NCBI GenBank assembly: GCA_963790205.1
Contig: CAWBNQ010000001.1
Span: 672,001-736,000 of the forward strand
Length of the DNA stretch: 64,000 bases
Source of the DNA: Nitrospirota bacterium
GTDB lineage: Bacteria > Nitrospirota > UBA9217
Reading direction: 5' to 3'
Shown here in pieces: positions 36,836 to 47,460 of this stretch. Position 1 is the stretch's first letter, and each line of letters starts with the position of its first letter. The translations under genes were made by a program, and so were the position numbers. The notes beneath the pieces were generated by a model that was not told the DNA's origin, made no database searches, and saw only the letters and a program-made list of their open reading frames with translations.

Positions 36836-37208
36836 CGTCGAATTCACCGTAGAAGACCTGCTCCCAGGGGCCGAAGTCGAGCTTGCCGCTCGTGACGGCT
36901 ACGACGACCTCGCGGCCCATGACGGAGCGTTTCAAGTGCGCGTCCGCGTTGTCTTCGCCGCTGTTATGGCGGTACTGGGAGACCGGCTCGTGCGGCGCGA
37001 GCTTTTCGAGCCAGACCTCGAAATCGCCGAGGAGGCCGCGCTCGTCGTCGTTGATGAACACCGAGGCCGTGATGTGCATGGCGTTTACGAGGACCAGGCC
37101 CTCCTGAACGCCGCTCTCCCGCAGGCAGTCCTCGACCTGGGGCGTGATGTTGACGAAGCCCCGGCGGGAAGGGACGTTGAACCAGAGTTCTTTGCGGAAG
37201 CTCTTCAT
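36836..37208 (-). pseudogene. yjbQ: yjbQ (UPF0047, secondary thiamine-phosphate synthase), 5' part disrupted by the island
   Basis: [35 protein letters not shown], then island-derived VLFH*. Confidence 0.93.
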
Positions 37209-37231
37209 CTATGAAACTCTTTTGCCAAGCG

Positions 37232-37457
37232 GTCACAGAGAGCACAGAGGATGCGCGGGAAAACAATCCACAGATTTCGCAGATGACGTAGATTAATCAT
37301 AATAACAAAAATCAGGACATGTTGTTCTTTAACTTGCAATTCCCCGTAGCTTGCTACGGGGTCACCTTATAGAGGGAAGAGTTTGAGAAACCGCAGCTTG
37401 CTGCGGGGAGGTTCATTCTAAAAAATCTGTGGATTATGTATTGTCCTTCTCTGTGAC
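37232..37457. repeat. Nested palindromic element (MITE/REP-like arms around an IS200/IS605-end-like hairpin pair)
   Basis: IRs 37232-41/37448-57 and 37265-77/37423-35; hairpins 37342-37361 and 37391-37406 followed by TTCAT. Confidence 0.55.
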
Positions 37458-37483
37458 TCCGTGTCTCTGTGGTGGATTTTGTT

Positions 37484-39742
37484 TTACGCGAACTTTACTG
37501 CCTTCACCGCTTTAAAGCCAACCGAACCGCGGGTCATGACGCCGTAATGCTTGAGATCGATGACTTTCTCCTTGCCCTTCTCGTCGATCACTTTCACCTG
37601 CTCGCCTTTTTGCACTGCCCTAAAGAGCGTCACGTCGCCTTTCTTTACGTTCACGAGCTTCACTCCTTTGCCCGCGCCGGAGAGGAACGGAATATCCTTG
37701 GCCGCGACTACGACCGCTTTGCCCTCGCTGGTAAGGAGCAGCACATTGGGCAAATCGAGAATGTCCACGCCCATGATGCTGTCCCCGGTTTTTACGCCGG
37801 CAAATTTCTTTCCGGCGCGCGTTGTGACGGAATTGAACTGACCAAGGTCGAATTTAAAACCGATGCCCTTTGCCGAAACGGAGACGGCCGTCACCTCGCG
37901 GGGGGCGAGTGAGAGCTCGGCCTGTTTGCCTTTTTCCTCCTCACCAGGAGCGCCCGCAAATACCGTGGCAAGGTTCATGGCCGTGACCGGCCGTTCGCCG
38001 TCGCCGAACTTGAACAGATGTTGCACGGGCTCGCCGAACCCGGAGCCCGCGGGCAGGTCGTTCGCTTTCGTAACATACACCTTGCCGGCTGAGGAGAAGA
38101 CCGCGATATTGTCCCTGGTGTTCGCGGGGAGCAAGGCGAGGAGGTCGTCGCCTTCCTTGAACCGGAGGTTCTCGCCAACGGTCTTGACCCTCCTGATCCA
38201 ACCCATCTTCGTCAGGATCACGGTAACGTCCTCGTGGACGATAAAGTCATCATGCGAGAACTCCACGTCCTCGGCCGCCTTCATCACGGACTTGCGCTTG
38301 TCGCCGTACTTCTCCTTGATCTCGAGGAGCTCGGTCTTGATCAGGCCCCAGATCTTTTTCTGGCTTGCAAGAATCGCCTCGATCTCCTTTTTCGACTTCG
38401 TCTTCTCCGCCTTCTCTTTCAGAATGCGGTCGATCTCAAGGCCCACGAGCTTGTACAGCTGCATCTCGAGGATGGCCTTCACCTGTTCGTCGTCGAGCTT
38501 AAAATGTTTTTTGAGTTTCGCGGCCGCGTCCTCGCGCGATTGCGCCTTGCGGATGATCTTGATCGCCGTATCGAGGTCGTCATAGAGAACTTCGAAGGCT
38601 TTCAGGATGTGCAGCCTGGCCTTAAGCAGTTTCAGGTCATAGTTCAGGCGTTTGGTCGTGATCTCGTGCCTGAAATCGAGAAAATGCCGCATGATCTCCT
38701 TGAGCGGCAGGCGTTCGGGTTCCATGTTCGGCTTCAAGGCGGTGAAGTTCATCGGAAAGTTCGATTCGAAGTCCGTGTGTTTGAAGATATAAGCGGTCAC
38801 GAGGTCGGGATTCGCCTCGGTCTTGAGCTCGAGCACGACGCGGATCACGTCGGTAGATTCGTCCCTTACCGCCGATACCTGCGGCAGCTTTTTTTCCTCC
38901 ATCAGGCCGATGAGCTTCTCAAGCAGCTTCGCCTTGTTCACCATATAAGGAATGGAGGTGAACACGATCGCCTGCCTGCCGCGGGGGAGGTCCTCGAGCG
39001 TGTACTCGCCGCGGACCCTGATGGAGCCGCTGCCGGTCTGGTAGATCTCCTTCAGCTCTTTTTTGGAGTTCAGGATCTGGCCGCCGGTCGGGAAGTCCGG
39101 GCCTTTGATGAATTTCAGGAGGTCCTTCACTTCGATATTGGAGTTATCGATCATGGCCGCAAGCCCGTCGATCACCTCGCCGATGTTATGCGGCGCAAAG
39201 GAGCAGCTCATGCCCACGGCGATGCCCGACGACCCGTTCACCAGGAGCTGTGGAAAGCGCGCCGGAAGCACGACCGGTTCCTTGAGCGAATTGTCGTAGT
39301 TCGGCCGGAAGCCCACGGTCTCCTTGTCGATCTCGACCAGAAGCTCCTCGGCGATTTTTGAGAGCCGCGCCTCAGTGTAGCGCATGGCCGCTGCCGGGTC
39401 TCCGTCGAGGCTGCCGAAATTGCCCGACCCCTCGACCAGGGGATAGCGGAGCGAGAAATCCTGGGCCATCCTGACCATGGCGTCGTAGGCCGCCTGGTCG
39501 CCGTGGGGATGAAATTTTCCGAGCACCTCTCCAACCACCGCCGCGCTCTTTCTGAATCTCGCCGTGGGACCGAGGCCCATCTCCCACATGGCGAAGAGGA
39601 TCCGCCGGTGTACGGGCTTGAGCCCGTCGCGCACGTCCGGCAGGGAGCGGGACACGATGGTGGAGAGCGCATAGGTGAGGAACCGGCTCTCGACCTCCGC
39701 ATGGAGCGCAGTGGTTAAAACAGTATCCTCTTTCATCGTCAT
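37484..39742 (-). CDS. parC: Type IIA topoisomerase subunit A, ParC-like (no GyrA-box)
   Basis: [22 protein letters not shown] catalytic Tyr, GPDFPTG; QRRGGKG not seen in the CTD. Confidence 0.8.
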   Translation of the reverse strand: MTMKEDTVLTTALHAEVESRFLTYALSTIVSRSLPDVRDGLKPVHRRILFAMWEMGLGPTARFRKSAAVVGEVLGKFHPHGDQAAYDAMVRMAQDFSLRYPLVEGSGNFGSLDGDPAAAMRYTEARLSKIAEELLVEIDKETVGFRPNYDNSLKEPVVLPARFPQLLVNGSSGIAVGMSCSFAPHNIGEVIDGLAAMIDNSNIEVKDLLKFIKGPDFPTGGQILNSKKELKEIYQTGSGSIRVRGEYTLEDLPRGRQAIVFTSIPYMVNKAKLLEKLIGLMEEKKLPQVSAVRDESTDVIRVVLELKTEANPDLVTAYIFKHTDFESNFPMNFTALKPNMEPERLPLKEIMRHFLDFRHEITTKRLNYDLKLLKARLHILKAFEVLYDDLDTAIKIIRKAQSREDAAAKLKKHFKLDDEQVKAILEMQLYKLVGLEIDRILKEKAEKTKSKKEIEAILASQKKIWGLIKTELLEIKEKYGDKRKSVMKAAEDVEFSHDDFIVHEDVTVILTKMGWIRRVKTVGENLRFKEGDDLLALLPANTRDNIAVFSSAGKVYVTKANDLPAGSGFGEPVQHLFKFGDGERPVTAMNLATVFAGAPGEEEKGKQAELSLAPREVTAVSVSAKGIGFKFDLGQFNSVTTRAGKKFAGVKTGDSIMGVDILDLPNVLLLTSEGKAVVVAAKDIPFLSGAGKGVKLVNVKKGDVTLFRAVQKGEQVKVIDEKGKEKVIDLKHYGVMTRGSVGFKAVKAVKFA

Positions 39743-39866
39743 AGGTGACCCCTTTCTTTCATGAGCGCGCACCAGCAAAAGAACCCTTCTGCGCCTGGTT
39801 GATTTAATCCGGCCCGTATATTACCATAAAAAGATCGCCTTTTTCAAAGTAAGTTTAAAAAAATAG

Positions 39867-40727
39867 TTGTATACTGAAAAAATGGTGAACCTGCTGAACA
39901 GCCGGGCGGAAGCCTGCGGAGTCGAGACCTTCCATTGCGGGAACTGCGGCCGGGACTTTGAAGCGAAGATCATTACCTGGGTCGACGTCTCGCGCGCCCC
40001 GCAGGTGAAACGGGCGTTGCTTACGTGGGAGTTCAACATAATCCAGTGCGCACACTGCGGGTGCCGTCATTTTTCCGGAACGCTTTTTTTCTTCGAGGAT
40101 TTCGAGGAAGGCCTGCTTATTGCCGTGTTTCCCCGCATACCGGAGAAGCGCGGAGAAATGGAGAGGCGCATCAGGGAAAGGTACGGCTACTATCCGGCAC
40201 TCGAATTTTTTTACGACATGACGCAGCTATGGATGCTGATCTATTTTCAGGAGCACTATAAAACGAATAAGAATGCGAATGTCCCATCGAGGCTTGGCAG
40301 GGATGAGGAGCGGCTTCGCAAGATGCTTCATTTTCTGAAAGAAGACCCGCTGATGATCGGCATTCGGGAGAAGCTGACCGAATCGTTTTTCAGCGACGAG
40401 ACGAACGATGAGCTCGCCGACATCCTGGGGCAAGCCGTGTATACGCTGGAGGAGAGGTTTCCCTGGCCGCTGGACAGGCAATGCAGGTGCGGCGCCGATC
40501 TTACGGCCGGGCTCACCTGCTGCGGCACCCGGATAAATCTTGACAATCACGATCCTTTGCTCTCGCGCCGTTATGTTATCTATTGTCCAACGTGTAAAGA
40601 GGCGCTCGGGGGCGCGTCCTGCGGGGCATGCGGCAGGGCCTATACCTGGAAGCTCGGCCTTGTGGGTTCGTATGCTGCGGCAGTGCGCGAAGAGACGCCG
40701 CTCATGTGCAACGCGAAGCACGAGTGA
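39867..40727 (+). CDS. CpXC-domain zinc-ribbon protein
   Basis: N-terminal CGNCG…CAHCG and C-terminal Cys clusters. Confidence 0.7.
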   Translation: MYTEKMVNLLNSRAEACGVETFHCGNCGRDFEAKIITWVDVSRAPQVKRALLTWEFNIIQCAHCGCRHFSGTLFFFEDFEEGLLIAVFPRIPEKRGEMERRIRERYGYYPALEFFYDMTQLWMLIYFQEHYKTNKNANVPSRLGRDEERLRKMLHFLKEDPLMIGIREKLTESFFSDETNDELADILGQAVYTLEERFPWPLDRQCRCGADLTAGLTCCGTRINLDNHDPLLSRRYVIYCPTCKEALGGASCGACGRAYTWKLGLVGSYAAAVREETPLMCNAKHE

Positions 40728-41154
40728 AAAAATGTGAAGAGGGGCGCCGGGCGCAGCGATCCGGCGTGGGCGATCAGTGTTTAACAGAAAATCGTCCATC
40801 GCGATTTTCTTCCCGTTGAGCAGGCAACTGATGCCAAAGCGCCCTCGATTAACTATGCCGGATTTTTCTTGACGCATTGTTTATCTTGTGTTAATTTCAA
40901 TGTGGAAGACCTGACGGGTTTGTTCTTCAAACCGGTAAGGATAATGTCGGACAAGGATATAGGCGTGGAAATTCCGTGCAGGCTCTCTTGGACATCATGA
41001 GCGGGCAGCGTTTTCATTGACTTGCCTTCGCTGCTGCACGGGCAGCTTGACGAGCTGCATATTCCCACCCTGCAATGCACTTTATTCCCACTCCCTACAT
41101 CCCACGCTCAAAGAAAGCTCTTCATGTTTGAATGCGCAGTAGCTGGAGGCACGG

Positions 41155-43179
41155 TTGAAGGCGATAACGGGAGAGAACCTGAAGGACCTGTTCCTTGCCG
41201 AAAAATGGCAGGATCTTTTCACGACCCTCTCCGACGCTCTCGGATTTAGTCTGAGCATTTGTGCCGAGAACGGTAAGCCGATCTTTGTTCCGGAAGGAGC
41301 ACCTCCCCTGTGCAAGGCGTTCCGCTCCGCCTCGCCGGAGTTCAATGCTCATTGTGAGAAGTACTTGCGTGCCGTGATAACAAGAACGATCGAATCGGAC
41401 AAGCCAAAGCTCTTCAAATGTTATGCAATGATCATGAGCTTCACCCTCCCCATTGAATACATGGGAGAGAAGGCTGTGATCCTGGGACAGGGTTCGTTTG
41501 CAAGCTACGAAGATTTCCGCGAGTGTATGAATCGCGTGAATTCTTTAGACCTTGGTCCCGCCTCCCTGCGAATGCCCCTCACCTTTACCACCCCCCAACA
41601 TACCTCGAAGGTCCGCGGTCTTGTGGCCGACTCCGTAAACCAGCTTTTAAAGAACACCCAGGAGGCAGTTACCCTTCGGAAGAAGTTAGAAAACCTGAAA
41701 AGCGTTTTCAGCGCAGGGGCCACCACTGCAGAGGAACAACCCGACGCACTGTACAGAGACATGGTGCGCAAACTGTCGACGCTGCTTGATATCGAGTGCA
41801 TTGCCATCCTTACTCTTGACCGGAAACAGGGGAGGTATGCCAGTCGTTATAGCCTCTCGAAGCACGGCGGGCAGACCGAGGCTCTCAGTATCAGTGAACA
41901 TGACGGGCTCGTGCAGGATCTCCTGAGCGGGAGTCCGTTCGTCCTGTCCGCGGAGCCGGTTACGGACCCCAAGGCGGACTTTCTGGTCGGCAGGGGAGCC
42001 TTATATTTTTTCCCGATCATAGTAAATAAGAAATTAGAGGCAATTCTGCGTATCGACGACCGGGTTCTCAAAGAGAGCGATACCCATATCATCACCGGAT
42101 TCTGCAAGCAGGCCGCCCTCTCCCTCGAGAACCACCGGCTGCACCGCGACCTGTACAAGAAATTCGACCGGTTCGCCGCGATAGCAGAGTTGACGAAGTC
42201 GATAACGCCTATCCAGAATGAAAAGAATCTGCTCCGGCTGGTCCTCGACAAGTCCGCCGAGCTGCTCAAGGCGGAGCAGGGGTCCCTGATGCTGCTCGAC
42301 CGCGAGACCGACGTCCTGCTCCTGGAGGCAAAAAAGGGCGTCGTCGAAGGCGTGTCCGACAAGCTCAGGATAAACCGGGGTGAGGGGATCTCAGGCAAAG
42401 TTGCCGAGCTTGGCGAGCCCTTCCTGGTCGAGAACGTTGAGAGCGACCCGAGGATCAATCAGAAAAACAGGCAGCACTATAAAACACGGTCATTTGTCAG
42501 CGTGCCGCTCAAGATTGAAGACCGTATCATCGGGGTGCTCAACCTTGCGGACAAAACGAGTGGAGAGGTTTTTAATGAAGAAGACCTGAATCTCGTCCAA
42601 TCTTTTGCGAGCCAGGCCGCCATCGTCATGGAGCGGAATATATTTTATAATAAAACGGAAGAGCTCAAGAAGCTGACCATTACTGACCACCTGACCGGAC
42701 TCCTGAACCGGAGGTACCTGTATGAACGGCTGAAAGATGAAGTTGCGCGATCCGAACGGCATGGCCATCACCTGAGCCTCCTCATGCTCGATCTTGACGG
42801 GTTCAAAATGATCAACGACACCTTCGGCCATCTGTTCGGCGACCAGATGCTCATCGGCATTGCGGAGACCTTATTGAAGACGGTACGGTCCATGGACGTT
42901 GTGGCCCGGTACGGCGGTGACGAGTTCATGATAATCCTCCCCGAAACCGTGGAGTCACTGGCAGTCGAAATCGCGGAGCGGCTGAGGAACATCATTGCGC
43001 ATCAGGGAGTGTCTCCCCAGGAAGCGGCAGCCACGGGACTGCCGCTGCTGTCCGCGAGTATCGGCATCGTGTGCTTTCCTGAGCACGGCGAGACGGTCGA
43101 ACTCCTGATCGAGAATGTTGACAAAGCGCTTTACCGTGCTAAAAACAAGGGAAAAAACAGGATAGAGGTATTTTCGTAG
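41155..43179 (+). CDS. Diguanylate cyclase (PocR-GAF-GAF-GGDEF)
   Basis: TDHLTGLLNRR, DLDGFK.IND.FGH, RSMD I-site, RYGGDEF. Confidence 0.93.
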   Translation: MKAITGENLKDLFLAEKWQDLFTTLSDALGFSLSICAENGKPIFVPEGAPPLCKAFRSASPEFNAHCEKYLRAVITRTIESDKPKLFKCYAMIMSFTLPIEYMGEKAVILGQGSFASYEDFRECMNRVNSLDLGPASLRMPLTFTTPQHTSKVRGLVADSVNQLLKNTQEAVTLRKKLENLKSVFSAGATTAEEQPDALYRDMVRKLSTLLDIECIAILTLDRKQGRYASRYSLSKHGGQTEALSISEHDGLVQDLLSGSPFVLSAEPVTDPKADFLVGRGALYFFPIIVNKKLEAILRIDDRVLKESDTHIITGFCKQAALSLENHRLHRDLYKKFDRFAAIAELTKSITPIQNEKNLLRLVLDKSAELLKAEQGSLMLLDRETDVLLLEAKKGVVEGVSDKLRINRGEGISGKVAELGEPFLVENVESDPRINQKNRQHYKTRSFVSVPLKIEDRIIGVLNLADKTSGEVFNEEDLNLVQSFASQAAIVMERNIFYNKTEELKKLTITDHLTGLLNRRYLYERLKDEVARSERHGHHLSLLMLDLDGFKMINDTFGHLFGDQMLIGIAETLLKTVRSMDVVARYGGDEFMIILPETVESLAVEIAERLRNIIAHQGVSPQEAAATGLPLLSASIGIVCFPEHGETVELLIENVDKALYRAKNKGKNRIEVFS

Positions 43180-43180
43180 A

Positions 43181-44854
43181 ATGTCATTCAGCGCGCTCCA
43201 GGAAACTGACTTTTTTGGGAGGAGAGAGGAACTGGCCGGTCTTTCCCGCAGGGTCCTGCGTGCGGACAAGGGCTTGGCGCAGAGCGCCGTTCTTTCCGGT
43301 CCCCTGGGCGTCGGAAAGACGGAGCTGCTCAAACAGCTCTTCGGCTATCTGTTCTGGAGGCAGGATCGTGTCGTTCCTTTTTACTATACGGTGAACCCCG
43401 CTCTGCTGTCCGCCGCCGCTTTTTCCAAAGACTATCTGACCAGGTATCTTTGCCAACGGCTCGCTTTTGAGAAAAAGGAACAATCTCTCTTCTATCTTGA
43501 GGGGTTATCGCTTGATGGTTTGTCAGCTCTTGTGGAAGAACGGGAAGCCGTCTGGGCACGAGAGATTCTTGAACGGTTCATTCAGAGTTCCGGCGATCCC
43601 ATCGACGCATTGCGCGTTGCAATCAGCGCACCTCACCAGTCGGCACTTGCCACCGGGATGCCGGCAGCAGTCTTGCTCGATGAATTTCACAGGCTGAAGG
43701 ACCTCCATATCGGCAATACTCCCGATCCGCGCCTGGTCTCCCTTTTTGAAGCGCCGATGTTGTTCAGTAAGACCCCTCACGTGGTTACCGGACGTGCGGC
43801 AGAGATTCACGAGATGCCCGTCACCAGGGGTCTTGAGAGGATAGTGGTACAGCCGCTTGGCCCCGAGGAGACCTTGTTAAAAGCCCTCTCCCTCCTCCGG
43901 GCCCAAGAATCCGAGGGAAACGGACCTCCTCCTCTCCTCCTTCAACATCTCGGAGGCAACCCTTTCTATCTTTCGTGCCTGATCAACGCTGCGTGCATAA
44001 AGAAAAATCCGGAGGAAAAAGATTATTGGAAGGCCTATGCCGCGGAGATCACGGGGGGGGCTCTTTCCCTCTCCTGGTCATCGATTCTGAAGAGCTTTTT
44101 CCCGGACATGGGGGCAAAGAGAACAGCCCTGGCAATAGCCTATAAAATCTATCACACGAGCGAACCCCTTTCCTGCCCTCGGATCGCGAAAGCCTTTGCG
44201 CTGGCGGACGGCCAGGCGGAATCGATAGCGAATGCTCTGTATCTCGCCGGTCTTGTACGCGGAGAATTCGGCGTGTTCAGAGCAGCGGAAGACAGGGTGG
44301 TGCAGGACGTAATTGACAGCTTTTACATGAGGGAGATTCTCGGCAAGCCCTCTGATAGCCTGGAACAGGAATTCGTTGAAAAGTTACTTCCAAAGCGGGA
44401 AGAGGCCGTCCACTTTGAGATGACGCTGCCCATGGCTAAAGAGGCGGAACTGGTGGCGGCGCAGTGCCTTGACCAGATAGGCAAAAATCTCGGCATAAAC
44501 CGGGATGCCATCGGACAGCTTCAAATAGCGGTTATTGAGGCATGCATCAATGCGATGGAGCACAGCAAGGGGGCTGATAGGAACATATATTTAAGCTTTG
44601 CAGTTGATGGAGACGGTATGGAGGTTTCCATCGAAAGCTCCGGCCAGGAGTTCATCCTGCAAGAGACCGGCGAGCCCTTCGATGACAAAAAGCCCACGAA
44701 AGCCCCGGGCAGGGGGTGGGGGATTAAGCTGATGAAGCGCTTCGTGGATGACGTGAGGTTTGAAAAGACCAAGAGGGGGACGAAGACTGTATTGGTCAAA
44801 AACTTCGCAAAAACCGCAGAGGTGCAGAAGGAGAATAGAGAAGACCGTGAATAA
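43181..44854 (+). CDS. P-loop ATPase fused to C-terminal RsbW-like HATPase domain
   Basis: FFGRREEL, GPLGVGKT, LLDEFH, GGNPFYL; EACINAMEH…GRGWGI.LM..FVD. Confidence 0.8.
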   Translation: MSFSALQETDFFGRREELAGLSRRVLRADKGLAQSAVLSGPLGVGKTELLKQLFGYLFWRQDRVVPFYYTVNPALLSAAAFSKDYLTRYLCQRLAFEKKEQSLFYLEGLSLDGLSALVEEREAVWAREILERFIQSSGDPIDALRVAISAPHQSALATGMPAAVLLDEFHRLKDLHIGNTPDPRLVSLFEAPMLFSKTPHVVTGRAAEIHEMPVTRGLERIVVQPLGPEETLLKALSLLRAQESEGNGPPPLLLQHLGGNPFYLSCLINAACIKKNPEEKDYWKAYAAEITGGALSLSWSSILKSFFPDMGAKRTALAIAYKIYHTSEPLSCPRIAKAFALADGQAESIANALYLAGLVRGEFGVFRAAEDRVVQDVIDSFYMREILGKPSDSLEQEFVEKLLPKREEAVHFEMTLPMAKEAELVAAQCLDQIGKNLGINRDAIGQLQIAVIEACINAMEHSKGADRNIYLSFAVDGDGMEVSIESSGQEFILQETGEPFDDKKPTKAPGRGWGIKLMKRFVDDVRFEKTKRGTKTVLVKNFAKTAEVQKENREDRE

Positions 44855-45200
44855 TTTTTCCATCACTATGAGGTCGGCACATGGCGTGGCCGTCATGTTG
44901 CCCAAAGGGTACATTAATGACCTTGGGGCTGAGAGCCTCGAGCAGACGAGTGAGCAGTATCTCGGGGAAGGGTTGAAAAAGCTCGTCGTAAATTTTTCCG
45001 ACGTGCAGTTCATCAACACCATCGGTGTTTCTATTTTCACCGGTATCATACAGAAGACACAGGAATACAAGGGGTTACTCTGTTTTACCAATATGAAGAA
45101 GACGCACCGGGATATCTTTGAGATGGTGGGCCTGATACAGCACGTAAAGGTTTTTAAAGACGAAGAGGACGCTCTCAATTACTTGAATGAGCGAGGGTGA
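44847..45200 (+). CDS. STAS-domain anti-anti-sigma factor
   Basis: LVVNFSDVQFINTIGVS…IFEMVGL; GTG start overlaps the upstream stop. Confidence 0.85.
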   Translation: MNNFSITMRSAHGVAVMLPKGYINDLGAESLEQTSEQYLGEGLKKLVVNFSDVQFINTIGVSIFTGIIQKTQEYKGLLCFTNMKKTHRDIFEMVGLIQHVKVFKDEEDALNYLNERG

Positions 45201-45201
45201 T

Positions 45202-46428
45202 ATGGCGAATAAAAAGATGCATCTCAAACAGCTGATGTTCAGCATGGCATCGCTGGTTGACTTGGGGCAGGAAGCGACATCATCGAAGGACATAGCAGAG
45301 CAAATGAAAGCAGCCCTCTATATCGTTACGGGCATGTTCTCCGTACCGACGGCTGCTCTGTTTGTATACAACCCGCACCGAAAGAGTCTCGAACTTATTG
45401 CTCAGAAAGGCCATAAGGACAAGACCAAACAGGATGTCACCCTGTCCGTCCCGGGAGATCATATAATAAAACGCTTTCGCGTCAATGAACCGCATCCTGT
45501 AAAAGAGATGGCCGGGAGTGCGTTCTTCAAACGGAACGACAAGGTGTTTTCGAAACTGCAAGCAAGAGTGTTTATCCCGCTCTTTGCCAAAGATGAATTT
45601 GTCGGGACCCTGGCTCTCGGCAAAAAGCTCGGCCGGGCGGTCTTCCGTAAGAGCGATAAGGACGTTCTCCGGGTCATTGCACATCAACTGGCAATAACGC
45701 TGCATAATGCGAAGCTGTTTTTGGAGCTCACCAGGAAGGCCGCGGAAAACAAAAGGCTCTATGATAGCATGCGGCGTATTTACCATGACACGATACAGGC
45801 ATTTTCCGCGGCGATCGATGCCAAGGACGAGTACACCAGAGACCATTCCTATCGAGTGGCAAGTTATGCCGTCGCTATCGCACGAGAGCTCGGTTGGAAG
45901 AGGAGGGACGTGGAAGGGATCTATGTCGCAGGCCTGCTCCATGACATCGGGAAGATCATCATTGACGTAAAAATCATCAATAAAGGAGCGGAGCTTACGG
46001 CCCCCGAGATACGAGAAATAAAAAAACATCCCCAGATATCCTACGATATCCTTTCGAAAATAAACTTCCCCTGGAAGAATATTGAACGTTTTGTCCGGCA
46101 TCATCATGAGCGGCCGGACGGGAAGGGGTATCCGGATGCGCTCATGTCCACAGAACTGAATGACGGCGAAAAGATCCTCGCGCTTGTTGATGCCTTTGAC
46201 GCGATGACGACGGACCGGCCATACCGCGAAAAGTTGGGGCTGGACGATGCCTTCCGTGAAGTAATGAGATGCAGCGGTACGCAATTCGACGAGAATATCA
46301 CAAATACGTTTTTCAACATAATCCGCAAGGAACTGAACGGGGAAGTGAAAAAGCCGCAGATACTCCCCCATTTGCAGCACCTGGATTGTGATAATTTCAG
46401 GGCTCTCGGCTCAGGCAACAGCATTTGA
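45202..46428 (+). CDS. GAF plus HD-GYP phosphodiesterase
   Basis: AKDEYT.DHS.RV, LHDIGK, HHERPDGKGYP, DAFDAM. Confidence 0.92.
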   Translation: MANKKMHLKQLMFSMASLVDLGQEATSSKDIAEQMKAALYIVTGMFSVPTAALFVYNPHRKSLELIAQKGHKDKTKQDVTLSVPGDHIIKRFRVNEPHPVKEMAGSAFFKRNDKVFSKLQARVFIPLFAKDEFVGTLALGKKLGRAVFRKSDKDVLRVIAHQLAITLHNAKLFLELTRKAAENKRLYDSMRRIYHDTIQAFSAAIDAKDEYTRDHSYRVASYAVAIARELGWKRRDVEGIYVAGLLHDIGKIIIDVKIINKGAELTAPEIREIKKHPQISYDILSKINFPWKNIERFVRHHHERPDGKGYPDALMSTELNDGEKILALVDAFDAMTTDRPYREKLGLDDAFREVMRCSGTQFDENITNTFFNIIRKELNGEVKKPQILPHLQHLDCDNFRALGSGNSI

Positions 46429-46585
46429 CCAGGGCCACGGATAGATTGAATGATGAGCGGGACCTGGTCCCTTGCCGGCATGATACAAAGACCAAGGGCG
46501 GTGATTTCTCACCGCCCTTGCTTGTGGAATCCTGAATTCCCATGCAGTTTCTATAAGGGTTTTAATTCCGCAATCCGCATTCGGC

Positions 46586-46903
46586 TTACGCCTTGACTTC
46601 CGCTTCCTTCTTTGCGCGCATCGTTGCCGGGGCTGAGACCACGAAACCCATGACCGTGCCCAGCAGGCCGCCCACCACGATGCTCACCGCGGCCGCGCAG
46701 GCGATCCCCACCGCGATGCCCATCACCACCGCCGCCCGCACAAACAGCGTCGGCTCAACCGCGCCGCCCGAAAGCTTCTGGAGCAGGATCAAGGTCCCGT
46801 AGCTCCCGAAGTAGAACCCCGGCACGATCCCCAGCGCCAGAAACACCAGCCCGCCGATGCTCGCCCCGATCTTCATTCCCGCTTTTACCGTCTCGTTCTT
46901 CAT
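46586..46903 (-). CDS. Gly/Ala-rich small membrane protein
   Basis: 105 aa; paralog of the upstream gene. Confidence 0.75.
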   Translation of the reverse strand: MKNETVKAGMKIGASIGGLVFLALGIVPGFYFGSYGTLILLQKLSGGAVEPTLFVRAAVVMGIAVGIACAAAVSIVVGGLLGTVMGFVVSAPATMRAKKEAEVKA

Positions 46904-46957
46904 ATAAATCTCCTTTCAATACTAGATTATATTTTTTGACCCGATTTTATCCCCTTG

Positions 46958-47275
46958 TTACCGATGTGCAGCCTCTTCCGCACGTTCCCCGGCATGCGCT
47001 CTCGGCTCCAGCACCTTGCCCGCGAGCCAGCCCACGGTGGTCGATGCCGTCACGATCACGATGCCCGCAACGAGCACGCCGATGAGCATGGATATCAGGA
47101 CGATGGTCCGGGAGAGAAGCCCCGGATCAAGCGGCAGGCCGAAAAGCCAGCCGGCGATACTGATGCCCGCGGCGCCTCCCAGGAGACTTCCCGGTAAAAG
47201 ACCGAAAATAGCGAAAAGCACCAGTCCTGCGCCAGCCCCTATGTATGCTGTCTTTCTTGAGAGTGTGGTCTTCAT
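46958..47275 (-). CDS. Gly/Ala-rich small membrane protein
   Basis: 105 aa; GAGAGLVLFAIFGLLPG; GGAGG RBS. Confidence 0.75.
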   Translation of the reverse strand: MKTTLSRKTAYIGAGAGLVLFAIFGLLPGSLLGGAAGISIAGWLFGLPLDPGLLSRTIVLISMLIGVLVAGIVIVTASTTVGWLAGKVLEPRAHAGERAEEAAHR

Positions 47276-47315
47276 GGTCGTTTCCTCCTTTTATCCTGCT
47301 TTTGACCTGATAAAT

Positions 47316-47331
47316 TGCATCAAGCATGCCA
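47316..47331 (-). promoter_or_regulatory. sigma54 (-24/-12) promoter
   Basis: TGGCAT-GCTTG-ATGCA. Confidence 0.6.
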
Positions 47332-47460
47332 GAAGTCAACTAATTGATTTTATGCATATCCATCACGAAACTTTTTTGCAGGAATGAGAATCACGCGTTG
47401 CCGTGCTTATAAGTTTGCAAAAAAGAAGTCCAAAAAATTGCATAGTCACCGGCTTCTTCC

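Noticed and set aside
36822..37208. yjbQ as an intact 128-aa gene
   Set aside because: The last four residues and stop come from island DNA; the true C-terminus is at 2342-2386.
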